Part shown: positions 39,491-51,400 of the stretch, piece after piece
Numbering within the stretch: position 1 is the stretch's first letter
How the letters are laid out: every line of letters begins with the position of its first letter
From: Antedon mediterranea
Lineage: Eukaryota > Animalia > Echinodermata
Length of the DNA: 64,000 nucleotides
NCBI RefSeq assembly: GCF_964355755.1
Contig: NC_092680.1
Span: 2,418,001 to 2,482,000 of the forward strand
Reading direction: 5' to 3'
Program-made: the position numbers and the translations under genes
Notes under the pieces: generated by a model
The model's database searches: none
The model's input: only the letters and a program-made list of their open reading frames with translations
Told to the model about the DNA's origin: nothing

Positions 39491-42049
39491 TTTTTGGAAT
39501 AAAAAGATATTTGTTGAAATAAAATTTCAAAAATTCAAATCTTTAAAAAAATATAAAATTATTGAATTTGTAAAAGTACAGTCTATTTTTACTTATACTG
39601 CTTTTGATATGGATTAAGTTCATATTTTATAGAATTTTTTAATAAATGCAGGTTAATAAATATTACATTTTTATTGTAATCCATGGCTTACTATGAATGT
39701 ATGAATCAATATGGCTAAAAGCCCAAGGTTAATATTATGTAGTCTTTTGTAAACAACATGAAAGAGACTGATTATTACAACAGGTTCAATAACTCCTGCT
39801 ATAAGCCACAAGGCCATGTATATGCTTTTTCTGGGTTTCAAACAATATAATATGTATTGTATATTGATGAAGCAGCCTAAGGATACAAAATATGAATATG
39901 CTTTCATCCTTTGTATTTCAAATAACCAAGATTTTGACATCAATTTTTATGCAAGTCGTAATGCTCTAATCAACATTTCACAGAGTCAAATTGATATAAA
40001 GATCTTCATTTATAAGAATATTGTTATTCAATATTGATTTTTTAATTAATATGTCAATTGAATTATATTATGTTTTTAAACATCAATGTAGAAAATTGGT
40101 TGTATCAAAAACATGCAGTAGAACCATGATCCAATACATCGCTTTAATCGCAGGGGTGTGTCAAATAAACAAGATTTTTCATTTTTATTCAAGTCATAAC
40201 AAATGCTCTAATTAACCCACCCACCTCTTTAAACAAATGTTGGGATTCAACAGTGCCTGAAATGGTTAATATAGACACATTGCACCGAAATACATTTCTT
40301 AATACGGTATGAGACGGCCCAATACAAGTTTGATACAGTCAAACAGTCAGTCAATCAGTCATTTGAAATATTGAATCATAGTTTGCCTCACTTTTTTCAG
40401 AGTTTGTTTTATATTATCACGAATAAAGTATCATTTTCATAAATTTTTTTCTGAACATAGTAATACTTGATACGGTATCAATCTTTTACTATTTCGTTAA
40501 CGTTGTTGACAGACATAGGTTGCCCATCAGGCACCTAGTCCCTAAGGGTTGGGATGACCAGAGCTATAGGGTAACTAGGGGGTCAATTTAATTAGAACTG
40601 AAGTGCAAGGGGACAACTTAGTTCAGGGTAAATACTTTCAATTCTCTAGTCTCAAAGGATGTTCTGTGTTCTTTTAAATTTAAAGTTTTAACACTGAATC
40701 TATAGCACCTGTTCTAACCATTGTCCATGTCCTACGACTTAACATTAGTACACCAACTCTCTCCTCACAATCACAAGTTTGAAGCCCTAGCTGCTGGATA
40801 CCAAGTCTTTCTTATTACAATCAACACCAAACCTCTCAAAAGTCACCACATAAGATTATAGGATCAAATTCACATGTATTAAGATTGAGAGTTTGTTCCT
40901 TTGACAAATTGTTTCTACTGCATGCATACATATGGAGTGTTTAATTCACTGTTTAGTAGGGGTCGGTAGTGCTGGGTGTTACACTGCACTTGAAATGGAC
41001 AGGCTGTGGATTTGGAGTAATTGAGTATCAACATGATCAGAATTTGTACTAAGGTTTTAAACTACTGGAGTAAGTTTTGAGAGATGTACGGTACCTGCTC
41101 TGGGAAAGGAATTTCTTTTAGTGTATCCAAAACACAAAGTTAGCATACTATCGTATACCAAAAAACACTATCAACTTAAGACCACTAAACAACTTAAATT
41201 AATTAGACTAGAACGTAATAACATTAATATATAATTTCCCTAAACATTAAATTCATATGCACATTGTTTGAAGCTATTGATGAACTTGGTAGGTATACAG
41301 GTGAAAAAAATAAAAAAGACTCAAGCAATAACTGAACTGCAATACAAGTTTGGATTTGTGAGGCAAAAAATGGAAATAGATTTTGCTTTTTCTTTAATGT
41401 AATTAGTGACTAAGTAGTCAGTAAAGAATTAAGTAAATCTTATTGAAAAAATATTCAGGAAAGAAAAAAAAAATAGCCTTATCACCTTTTATCCTCTTTT
41501 AACATTCCTTTAATCTTAATCTTTATACTGTACTAATTTGCAATACTCTATTAAAGTCTCCAACAGTTAACAAAACATTTCTTATTTGTCTAAGTCAATT
41601 ACAATTTAACTTCCGAAAAAGTTTAGTAAGCAAGAACAGCCTTCTTCAATAAACATTAAAATAACTGGGTCATGGAGACATTTAATTTAATTTGATTTTT
41701 TTATCCCATCAAAGAGCACAACTTTTAATCGGTATGTGATCTGGGGGGTAAAGGACAAATCAATTTGGTTGTTTTATGTAATTACAAAGTACGTAAAAGG
41801 CAATATTCAAGGGATTAACTGGAGAAGTTGAATCTTAATGTAAAAGTGAATATTAAAAGGACAGTGCACTAGGCCTACACTATTACATTGATAGCTGGTA
41901 TTGTGTGTTTTTTTTTCACACAAGAGTTAGTATAGCATCATCTGATTAAAAAGGAGGCCAAGTGAACGATAAGTTTTATGTAGAAACATTGTAATTGAAA
42001 GGAGCAAAGAGAGGAGGAACATAAAGTAACTTTTAGTCTAAATGATACA

Positions 42050-42326
42050 ATCATGGAAGTCATAGCTTGATATTGATGGGTCATATGTTTAGAAAAGATG
42101 AACCAGTAAAGAGAACTTGGCATTCAGATGTTGGAGGTAGAAGAAGAAGAGGATGGCCAAAGATGATGTGGAAAGATATGGTAAAGAAAGAGAGAAGGAA
42201 AGATGGTTTGAGGAACACGATGCGCCAGACAGAAAGAAGTGGAGAGATGGTGTAGCAGCCTGGAATGACAGTCAGTAACACATTGGAAGAGGGAGAAAGC
42301 TTACTCAAATAAAAGATGATGATGAA
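42050..42326 (+). mobile_element. RTE-clade LINE 3' fragment
   Basis: Translates to MGHMFRKDEPVKRTWHSDVGGRRRRGWPKMMWKDMVKKE, matching the RTE C-terminal GH..R...GxRxRGRP..W.D motif; ends in a GATGATGATG tail. Confidence 0.85.
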
Positions 42327-45317
42327 CTTTAGTGTACTGCAAACTTTAGAAACTTTTAAACAATATTGGATATTAACTTTAGGATAGAATTGTTTTGTTA
42401 TTTGTTTTTCTGCTAATGTTTTATCTTTGTATAAGACAAGCACCGTTAGTTCCACTTGTTTTGTGGATGAAATAAAGTTATTTTATCTTATCAGAAAGTC
42501 TTAATTTTATTTACATAGACAAATTGCCAAAAATAATCATAGTTAAATTCACTATCCTTCTCAATTCTGTTCACAATACACAAGATTCTTTACACAAAGT
42601 TTTTAGAAATTGTTTCTGATATTTGACAGGATTTTAACCTAAACCCTGGTTTGGTAGTTGAGCATCATAACCAAAAAAATGTCCCACATTAGTTCAAATA
42701 GTGAAATTTAAAATAGTGCTTCAAACATACAAACGCACAAAAACCAGCAGTTTAATGTTTCATTATGTTTTAACAGATATATTTCCTTAACGAAATTGCA
42801 TCTATTACATTATGTGAGTCATAACATATCATGTTTGCCAACTTTAAAGGTTAATTTTTTACCCATATATCTTCTGGGTTGTGTCACCTAGTCCCCTGAG
42901 AGATCTGCAACGCTGGCAAATGCTAAGCTCTGTCATATTGTCTCCAGAGACATTCTCAACCCTGGTAATATGAGGGCAATTTGGGTACCCTTTATTGTAA
43001 ATGTAATTAGTATCGAAACTGTATGGATTGAGTTTCCCTCAACCCATTTTTGGGATAAAATATCTGTTATGGTTTATGTTAAGATATTCCCATGACGTAG
43101 CAGGTGTGTGATATGTGCTTACCCTGTACATAATCTCTTGGTTGGTATGGGGTACTGATATTGTATAACCAACAACATGACATTTCATCTTACAACGTAA
43201 ACAACAAAAATGAATACAGTACACAATATAATATATAATCCAAATTAATACAGGAAAAAACAGCCTACTATTATGATAAAATTCGTACTGTAGATCAAAA
43301 TCAGGCTAAAAGTTCTACAAAGGTAGTCATAACGGATAGCTAAAATTTGCACAGCGATAGCTAATGAAATTTGTTTCAACACCTAATCAATTGAGGGTTT
43401 TAACTGTTGTTTTGAGAACGCTATTTATCCAGTTATTTAAAATTTGTTTCAATTTTGCTAACTAAAAATGAAGGTAATTTATTCTTATACCCTTGAACAG
43501 GTTATTTGCTGCCAGTAGAAACAAGCCCTGGAAGAAGAGTGGAGAAAGAACACTATTGGGGTTGATAGACCACATTGAAAGAAATTGCAAATTAATGAAG
43601 GGGACAAGAGAATGAAACGAAGGATGAAAGAAGGAATAATGATGATAATGATGTAAATCATAAAATATCAGAAACTTTGTGAGCAGACTTTCTGTTTGGT
43701 ATATAATGAAGTACTTTGTAATACTGCCCTCAGGAGGAACACATTAGAGAACTAACACTATAGTTAAAAGTAGGCCTAAAAACAAATCTAACTTTTTGCT
43801 CTAAATTGGTCTAATCAAAGGAAAGAATTTGCAGTTTTAATTTCATTGGTTGTACTCCACTGATAACACATGATGGTCTAAAAATAGATTTAATAAAACT
43901 TATAGTTTAAAAGCATTTTTATAGCAAAAAAAATATATCATCTAAAACTTTAAAATTCAGAGGGAAAAAAAACAAGGTCATTTAATGTACAATTTTTATG
44001 TTTTTAAAACTTGAAACGAACTGAATACATTTCGTCTGTCTGATGTGTCTCCCCAGTGTCTCAGCACCATGTCTGAAATTCAATCCTTTGATGAAAATAT
44101 TTTATGGATTTCACCAACAGCTATAGACAACTTCTTATGATATGACTAAAAAAAACCTATAAAATAATAAATAAAAGTCTTATAAGTACAGGTTTCTTTT
44201 ATTCTACTTTATTTATTCAACTACTAAGATTATTAATGTAAGAAAATGTCAAGATGAAAATGATAAATAGTCTACTTAATCTAACACAATAAAATGATAT
44301 CAAATATTTTATTTTTACAAGTACTACATTTTCCATCAATTTGATATCTGTTCAAATGTTAAAAGGCCTACTTTCATGTTTTTTTACTGGTTCATTTTTG
44401 TTGAACGGTAATTGCATAGAACTCTTATTACCTTTAATATTTTTAGTTGGCTCATTTTGTAATGGCTGTCGCAGTAACTTTTAAGTAATTCTCTTTATGG
44501 TAAACCTCATCTATTAGGTAGTTTTAAGTGGCAATACATTCTATGTCTGAACTCTGTCATGAAACAGCCTATATATATTATATAACTGAGCTATAGTGAT
44601 AAAATTCTACAACATTACGACATTGAAACCGACCGTCATCAGCGGTAATGACATTTTTCTTTTTTTTTCTCGTATGATTTGCAAGCAATGAAGAGCTTGC
44701 ATCTGTTACCTTTGCTATTAATGTCTGCACTGTAGGACTACCTGAAATGTGAGATGCAGGAGAAGCATGGCGTTAACAAGTGTCCATTTAACACTATCTA
44801 TCTATATAAAGACATTTATTCAGGCACTTTGCTTTTAAAGCCTGCACTATAAAATGTGAGAGGCAGGAGCATGTCCACTATCAGTCAGGGGGAAAACGGC
44901 AAAAGGCTCCCTACTTTCTAGGAGTTTTATCAGATAATCTATACAGTTTTGACAACCCTTGTAGCACGTGCACCACAGTGACCTATAGACAATTATTCAG
45001 GCCTAAATTTTGTTTTATCCTTAAGTTTGGTTAAATTAAAATTGTTACAAAAATATGATATGTTCTTTTCTATATCCCAAATGAATGAATGGTTATATAT
45101 TACTTTAATTCCTGATTTTCTTATTTTATACACTTCAGAATACATTCCCATGCTAATTTAGCATATTTTTTGTGTATTTAAATTTGAGGTTTAGTTTTGA
45201 TAGTGGGCCTATAAGATATGCAAAGTTAGATTCAACACAATTCTATTTATATTTACATACTTAAATTTTATAGTTGTTTATTTGAAATATAGCAAAGGTT
45301 AAAGAAAGCCAACCTAA

Positions 45318-45413
45318 AGCTCTGTCTATGGGCACCTCACATATATGGAAATATCACTACCATCTTTGCGCATATCACGACCATATTTGGGTACATTGTC
45401 TATTTCACACTTT
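45318..45413. mobile_element. MITE family A, internally deleted, inverted copy
   Basis: AGCTCTGTCTA, then reverse-complement interior ATATCACTACCAT..CCATATTTGGG..TCACACTTT. Confidence 0.65.
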
Positions 45414-45938
45414 AAAAAAAAGGAAACCTAAGAAGTTGTGAGGAACCTCTGTTTGTAGTATTTTATTAAACAGTAAATAACACAAATCTATTTAAGATGT
45501 ACAGTATAGAGTAACTTACGATGTACCCTACTAGAGCCTTATGCTAGTCAGAAATGCAAGATACAGAACAGTTTTCTCTAGGCCTATATTCCCGAAGCCT
45601 TCTATATCTTGGCGTCCTGGTTTAAAACCCCAAGCTGCCCATTTACTGTTAGTATTTGTACGGCCTAGCTTGAGTGAATTATAAAAGATCAAAAGATATA
45701 CTGTAATAGTATTTACAATGAAGTCGCAGTGGGCAGAAACAATTCTTACTGTACTCCAATTAAAATAGGCTAAATTAATCTTACTTATAATATTTTGGAC
45801 ACCCCTAAACAAAGAGCACTCCAGTAAACCTCCATTAAGTGGCCATGGGTCACAATAGTGTCAACTTAATAGGGGTTTTAAAGTAGCTTAAAACATGTCA
45901 TCTCAAACACAATATACATTCTCAGAGGGTTTCTTTTC

Positions 45939-46452
45939 TGCGAGTTGCGAGTTGCGAGTTGGAAAATGCGAGTTGCGAGTTGGAAAATGCGAGTTGCGAG
46001 TTGGAAAATGCGAGTTGCGGGTCGGAAAGTGCGAGTTGCGGGTCGGAAAATGCGAGTTGCGAGTGGCAAAGTGCGAGTTGCGAGTCGGAAAATGCGAGTT
46101 GCGGGTCGGAAAATGCGAGTTGCGAGTCGGAAAATGCGAGTTGCGGGTCGGAAAGTGCGAGTTGCGGGTCGGAAAATGCGAGTTGCGGGTCGGAAAATGC
46201 GAGTTGCGGGTCGGAAAATGCGAGTTGCGGGTCGGAAAATGCGAGTTGCGGGTCGGAAAATGCGAGTTGCGAGTCGGAAAATGCGAGTTGCGAGTCGGAA
46301 AATGCGAGTTTCGGGCCGGAAAATGCGAGTTGCGGGCCGGAAAATGCGAGTTGCGGGCCGGAAAATGCGAGTTGCGGGTCGGAAAATGCGAGTTGCGGGT
46401 CGGAAAATGCGAGTTGCGGGTCGGAAAATGCGAGTTGCGGGTCGGAAATTGC
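45939..46452 (+). repeat. 21-bp CpG-rich minisatellite, ~24 units
   Basis: Unit TGCGAGTTGCG(G/A)GTCGGAAA(A/G); begins with TGCGAGT x3. Confidence 0.98.
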
Positions 46453-46924
46453 AAAAATAATTTTTCAAGGAGGTCGTACCATCCAAAAAAATAATACATG
46501 AACCAAACAATCAGTAAATAAATTACAATTTAAATTTTGTTTAGTTTTTTTCATATTGTGACCTGTTTAACAATTATAGACTAGTGATTCCTTTTTTAAC
46601 ATGGATGGTTGAAATGAACTTATTTTGTATTTCAACACAAAACAATTATGTTATTGATACTTTATATTTTGAAATAATATAATTGTAAATATAGTAGATT
46701 AAAGTTATTATTTAATTTGTTTGCAATTACTGATAATGATACAATTACTTATAATGATACAATAAATTATGTACATGTATTTTTGCCTTGTTAAATGAGA
46801 AAATAATAATAAATTGGTAAGAAAAACTCACATTAAAAAGTACAGTTTGTATTGTTTACAGTATTTAGGTAAGATGATTAATGATGATTAAAAACAGACA
46901 TGATGGTTGGAGTCATTAGTACTA

Positions 46925-47151
46925 CTTTGTATTTATTTGTATTTTTGTATTTTGTATTAATATTTGTCCTCAGTGAGGAAATTCGGATTAGGCCCTCCAC
47001 GGACCCACGGCAGCCAGCAGTGCAGCGCCTACCAGATTAGGCAATGAGAGTAAAGCATCTTGCCTAAGGATGCAATTAGTATGGTACAGATAACCTCGAA
47101 CCCATGCCTATCACATGCTAGTCCGATATTACCATTACACCATCACTCTCC
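46925..47151 (-). mobile_element. tRNA-derived CORE-type SINE
   Basis: Minus strand: A box TGGTGTAATGG, B box GGTTCGAGG, CORE-like TCCTTAGGCAAGATGCTTTACTCTCATTGC, tail GAATTTCCTCACTGAGGACAAAT plus (TACAAA)n. Confidence 0.82.
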
Positions 47152-47156
47152 AGTAT

Positions 47157-47231
47157 ATACAGCACCCGCCACGATTTCTAGACGGTCTCCCATCCAGAAC
47201 GCAACCGGGCCCAACGTTGCTTAACTTCGGT
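47157..47231 (-). pseudogene. 5S rRNA-derived fragment (3' two-thirds, internal promoter region)
   Basis: Minus strand ACCGAAGTTAAGCAACGTTGGGCCCGGTTGCGTTCTGGATGGGAGACCGTCTAGAAAT..CGGGTGCTGTA aligns to about nt 45-117 of metazoan 5S rRNA; 5' part absent. Confidence 0.85.
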
Positions 47232-48027
47232 CCCATAAACAGGGCAAGGAAACACATACCATACCTACAGATAATGGTCAAATTTTCAAAGCTATATTAT
47301 TTTCTTAGAATCATAGTCAATTCTTTATGTTTATAATATTTTTTTGTTAAACATTTTCAGACAAACTGTACATAGATACATATAAATACATATGAATACA
47401 AAAAAAAAGAGAAGAAATACACAGTTTATTATGTGTAACACCCATCAGCAAATCATGGAGAGGACCAATTAATGTATCTATTGAAATATAGTGCATCTCT
47501 CCAATTAAAATACATTCTGGAATCTAACCATATATTCATAATCTACATTTTGTTTGCTTTTCATAATTTTGGAAAGAAGACTGTAAATTGTCAACCTAAA
47601 AAATTCATAAGAAGATGGAATATTGTTTTCTACAAATAATTTTCTCTGACTTAGATATCGGATTGTCAACAACAACATGCGGAATAAACACAAATACATG
47701 CTTTAGTATGTACACGTACAGTAGAGTAGGCATCTGTCAAATGTACTATGTGTATTTAAAGTAACTTTAGCAGGGTACAGATTTAAATACTGAAATCACT
47801 GGTTTGTTTTTAGAGAAAATATAACTTATAACTAAGATAATTCAAATTTACTTGAATTGAATTGTTGAATTTAGGTGACAATAATCATTGATCTGCGCCC
47901 ACAATTACATAGGAGAAGGAATTATTATTACTTATATACAGTATTGTTTGATGAAATGTGTGATACAGTAGGTGAAATGAAGTTGTATTTTAGTTGTTGT
48001 TCAACGCGATGATCAAATATACAACAC

Positions 48028-48111
48028 TTTTTAATTTTAATTTTTTATTTGATTATGTTTTTCCTTTGTAATGTATTATATGATGAAATAAAAAAAAAAA
48101 AAAAAAAAAAA
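48028..48111 (+). mobile_element. Short 5'-truncated poly(A) retro-insertion with 13-bp TSD
   Basis: AAATATACAACAC at 48015-48027 and 48112-48124 flanks a T-rich segment, AATAAA and about 25 A. Confidence 0.8.
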
Positions 48112-49004
48112 AAATATACAACACACTAAGAATGTAAAATTAAACTGTACATTTTGTATTGCAAGTGAAAAGATGCAGTAGAGTCGCATATAAAAAAACA
48201 CTTGATCCTCAAATAAATGAATACACAGAATACATTAGAAAGTACTGGAATCAACACAGTGTTGCTTGCTTATGAATTGGTTAAACTGACTGATTAAATG
48301 AGGAGATTGCACCCTTATTTATATCTTATTGATATATGGGGGTGTCAATTATGACTTCATCGCATAACTTAGAGATGAGAATAGTTAGTTTTTAGATGAA
48401 ACTTAAATGACATCATCATCTTTAAGAAGAAATTATAGATGACATCATACCAACTTTAAGTCACAATCCCTTATTTGGTATAGTACACAACAAGTGTCCA
48501 TGACAGGTAAATGTCATAACATAATGGGCCCTTTGGGAGTACCTAGTACAAAAGTCTGCATAGTGTAGTGCTGACTTATACAAGTAATAATATGTTAACA
48601 ATTATATGAAAATGATTGTGTAAATAATAAAGTTAAAAGTAAAGTCTAAAAGTAAAAATGCATTAAAAATCATGTGGTGGGCTAAACTGTCAGGCTTCTT
48701 ATATTTATTAGTAGGTAGCAGACACAAATCTACAATGTGGACCTTTATCAAAGCAGTCATTAATTGTTTTAGTAAAAGATACCTGCCCCAGGGTGTGAGT
48801 TAATTGCTTCATGGAGACCATGATTAAGAATTCATTATCTTTTAAACCTACCACCAACCCCACCTCAGCTTCTCCTCCCAACCAAGATCCACATACCATA
48901 CATCCCTGAGATGGTTCAAATGTAGTAAATTTTAAATCAGATTATTTGATACAACATTACCTCTAAATGCCAGTATTTCCTTATACATGAACATTCAAAC
49001 AAAC

Positions 49005-49540
49005 AAAAATCTGCGAGTTAAAAAAAATCTGCGAGTTAAAAAAAAATCTGCGAGTTAAAAAAAATCTGCGAGTTAAAAAAAAATCTGCGAGTTAAAAAAA
49101 ATCTGCGAGTTAAAAAAAAATCTGCGAGTTAAAAAAAAATCTGCGAGTTAAAAAAAAATCTGCGAGTTAAAAAAAAATCTGCGAGTCAAAAAAAAATCTG
49201 CGAGTTAAAAAAAAATCTGCGAGTTAAAAAAAAATCTGCGAGTTAAAAAAAAATCTGCGAGTTAAAAAAAAATCTGCGAGTTAAAAAAAAATCTGCGAGT
49301 TAAAAAAAATCTGCGAGTTAAAAAAAAATCTGCGAGTTAAAAAAAAATCTGCGAGTTAAAAAAAAATCTGCGAGTTAAAAAAAAATCTGCGAGTTAAAAA
49401 AAAATCTGCGAGTTAAAAAAAAATCTGCGAGTTAAAAAAAATTTGCGAGTTAAAAAAAAAATCTGCGAGTTAAAAAAAAATCTGCCAGTTACAAAACAAA
49501 TCTGCCAGTTACAAAACAAATCTGCCAGTTACAAAACAAA
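49005..49540 (+). repeat. ~19-bp A-tract minisatellite, ~28 units
   Basis: TCTGCGAGTT plus A8-10; the last three units are TCTGCCAGTTACAAAACAAA. Confidence 0.98.
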
Positions 49541-49735
49541 TGCTTGATTTAAAAACATAAATGTTATATATTTATCAGTTACAATTGGATAACCCTTCTC
49601 TTTTAACATTTTGGTGAGCCACTTGAGTGTTCATTTCGATTTTAATCTTTTGGATTTTGAACTCTTTACTTTGTTTTGTTTTTGTCTGATGAAATAAATG
49701 AAAAAATATACATATTTGAAAATTCTCACTCTGTT

Positions 49736-49777
49736 TATATATATATGTGTGTGTGTGTGGGGGGGGGGGGGGGGGGT
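49736..49777. repeat. Compound (TA)n(TG)n(G)n microsatellite
   Basis: Directly visible. Confidence 0.9.
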
Positions 49778-50300
49778 GGTATTAAGGTGGCACATAAGGA
49801 GATACTGGCATGTTTGCATTAGTAGTTATTATTTGTTTTTTGTACTAAAAACAAGTTAAATTAAATCAATGGCAATCACATAGATAAAAGAAGATAAAAG
49901 TAAGAGATAAACTGGTCACTCATCTGCAAACAATAATAAATCAAAAGGTATTATATTCCATTTTAAATTACTTGAGATTGTTTTACAATGGACCTAAGAG
50001 AGTCCTCCCAACCAACACCAACTCCTTCAAATGTAGTAAATTTTAAATCAAAGTAGATTATTTTGATACCTCACTACCTTAAATGCATGCCAGTATCTCC
50101 TTATATGCACACTTTACCCTGCACCCTTAAAAAGCTTCCGTCCATCCATGTACAAATTCCGGTTATCACTATCATCACTTTATCTCTCTTCTGCCAGAGA
50201 AAATCCAGAAGAATAGTGTTCAGAACATTCAGAATACAGATACAGGTAGTGGACTGCACTAAACACTTTAAGCATGTCAAAACACGGGTGTTTCGAAACT

Positions 50301-50501
50301 AGACCCGAGACCAGAGACCAGAGACCCGAGACCCTATACGAAAAGGGAGACCCCACTATACGAAAAGGGAGACTCCACTATACGAAAATGGAGACCCCAC
50401 TATACGAAAAGGGAGACCCCACTATACGAAAAGGGAGACCCAAATATACGAAAAGGGAGACCCAAATATACGAAAAGGGAGACCTAAATATACGAAAAGG
50501 G
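50301..50501 (+). repeat. Heptamer run followed by a 22-bp minisatellite (~8 units)
   Basis: GAGACC(C/A) x5, then TATACGAAAAGGGAGACCC(CAC/AAA). Confidence 0.96.
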
Positions 50502-50979
50502 GTTGTATGGGGTTAAATCATATGTTACGGGCTCTTGGCCTATACTCATCTCGTGGAGTTTTTGCCTGAGAAACAGTGTTTCTTCACCAAGTGAATCTAA
50601 TCTAGGCCTACCTCCAGTGCTTAGCCTAGAACTGTAGTAAGCACTGACTTAACTAAAACATAAACAAGTTGAGCATTCAGAAACAAATAATGCTAAAGTG
50701 AATAATAAAAAAATATTGTAAGCAGTGTTAAGAAAATAATTAAATTTCTTGCCATTGTCATATATGCCACAATAGGTTAATTTTGGTGATCATTCTACAC
50801 TATGTACAGAGTCTACACACCTGGGTGGGTTGTATCATGTCGCACTGGTCGCACATATGCGAGCAAAAATGCAGATCAAATATAATGATTAATTGTTTCA
50901 TATCACATGCTCAGGCAATTTGTTTCTAACATCCACAATACAACCCACTCTATTTTGTTTAGGTAGGACTGGTGTATTT

Positions 50980-51400
50980 GACCCGCAACTCGCGTTTTTC
51001 GACTCGCAACTCGCGTTTTTCGACCCGCAACTCGCGTTTTCCGACCCGCAACTCGCATTTTCCGACCCGCAACTCGCGTTTTCCGACCCGCAACTCGCGT
51101 TTTCCGACCCGCAACTCGCGCTTTCCGACTCGCAACTCGCGCTTTCCGACTCGCAACTCGCGCTTTCCGACTCGCAACTCGCACTTTCCGACTCGCAACT
51201 CGCACTTTCCGACTCGCAACTCGCACTTTCCGACTCGCAACTCGCACTTTCCGACTCGCAACTCGCACTTTCCGACTCGCAACTCGCACTTTCCGACTCG
51301 CAACTCGCACTTTCCGACTCGCAACTCGCACTTTCCGACTCGCAACTCGCACTTTCCGACTCGCAACTCGCACTTTCCGACTCGCAACTCGCAACTTGCA
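50980..51400 (-). repeat. 21-bp minisatellite, ~20 units, inverted relative to 45939-46452
   Basis: Unit TTTCCGAC(T/C)CGCAACTCGC(A/G)(C/T) is the reverse complement of the 45.9-kb unit. Confidence 0.98.

Larger units (their letters stand above)
48883..50105 (+). repeat. Dispersed direct repeat of ~100 bp (48883-48985 and 50003-50105)
   Basis: Shared TCCTCCCAACCAA..TTCAAATGTAGTAAATTTTAAATCA..GATTATTT..ATGCCAGTAT.TCCTTATA. Confidence 0.85.

Noticed and set aside
44710-44741. Possible 32-nt minus-strand micro-exon (TTTCAG..AAG|GTAACA)
   Set aside because: Weak polypyrimidine tract, lies amid repeat-like sequence, and no partner exons can be identified.
45878-46510. Five overlapping 170-210 aa ORFs
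   Set aside because: Translations of a stop-free 21-bp repeat, open in nearly all frames on both strands.
47157-47231. Functional 5S rRNA gene
   Set aside because: About 45 nt of the 5' end is missing, there are internal indels, and it is not in an array.
50301-50501. CRISPR-like repeats (also 31101-31262 and 385-717)
   Set aside because: No unique spacers of regular length, no cas genes, eukaryotic context.
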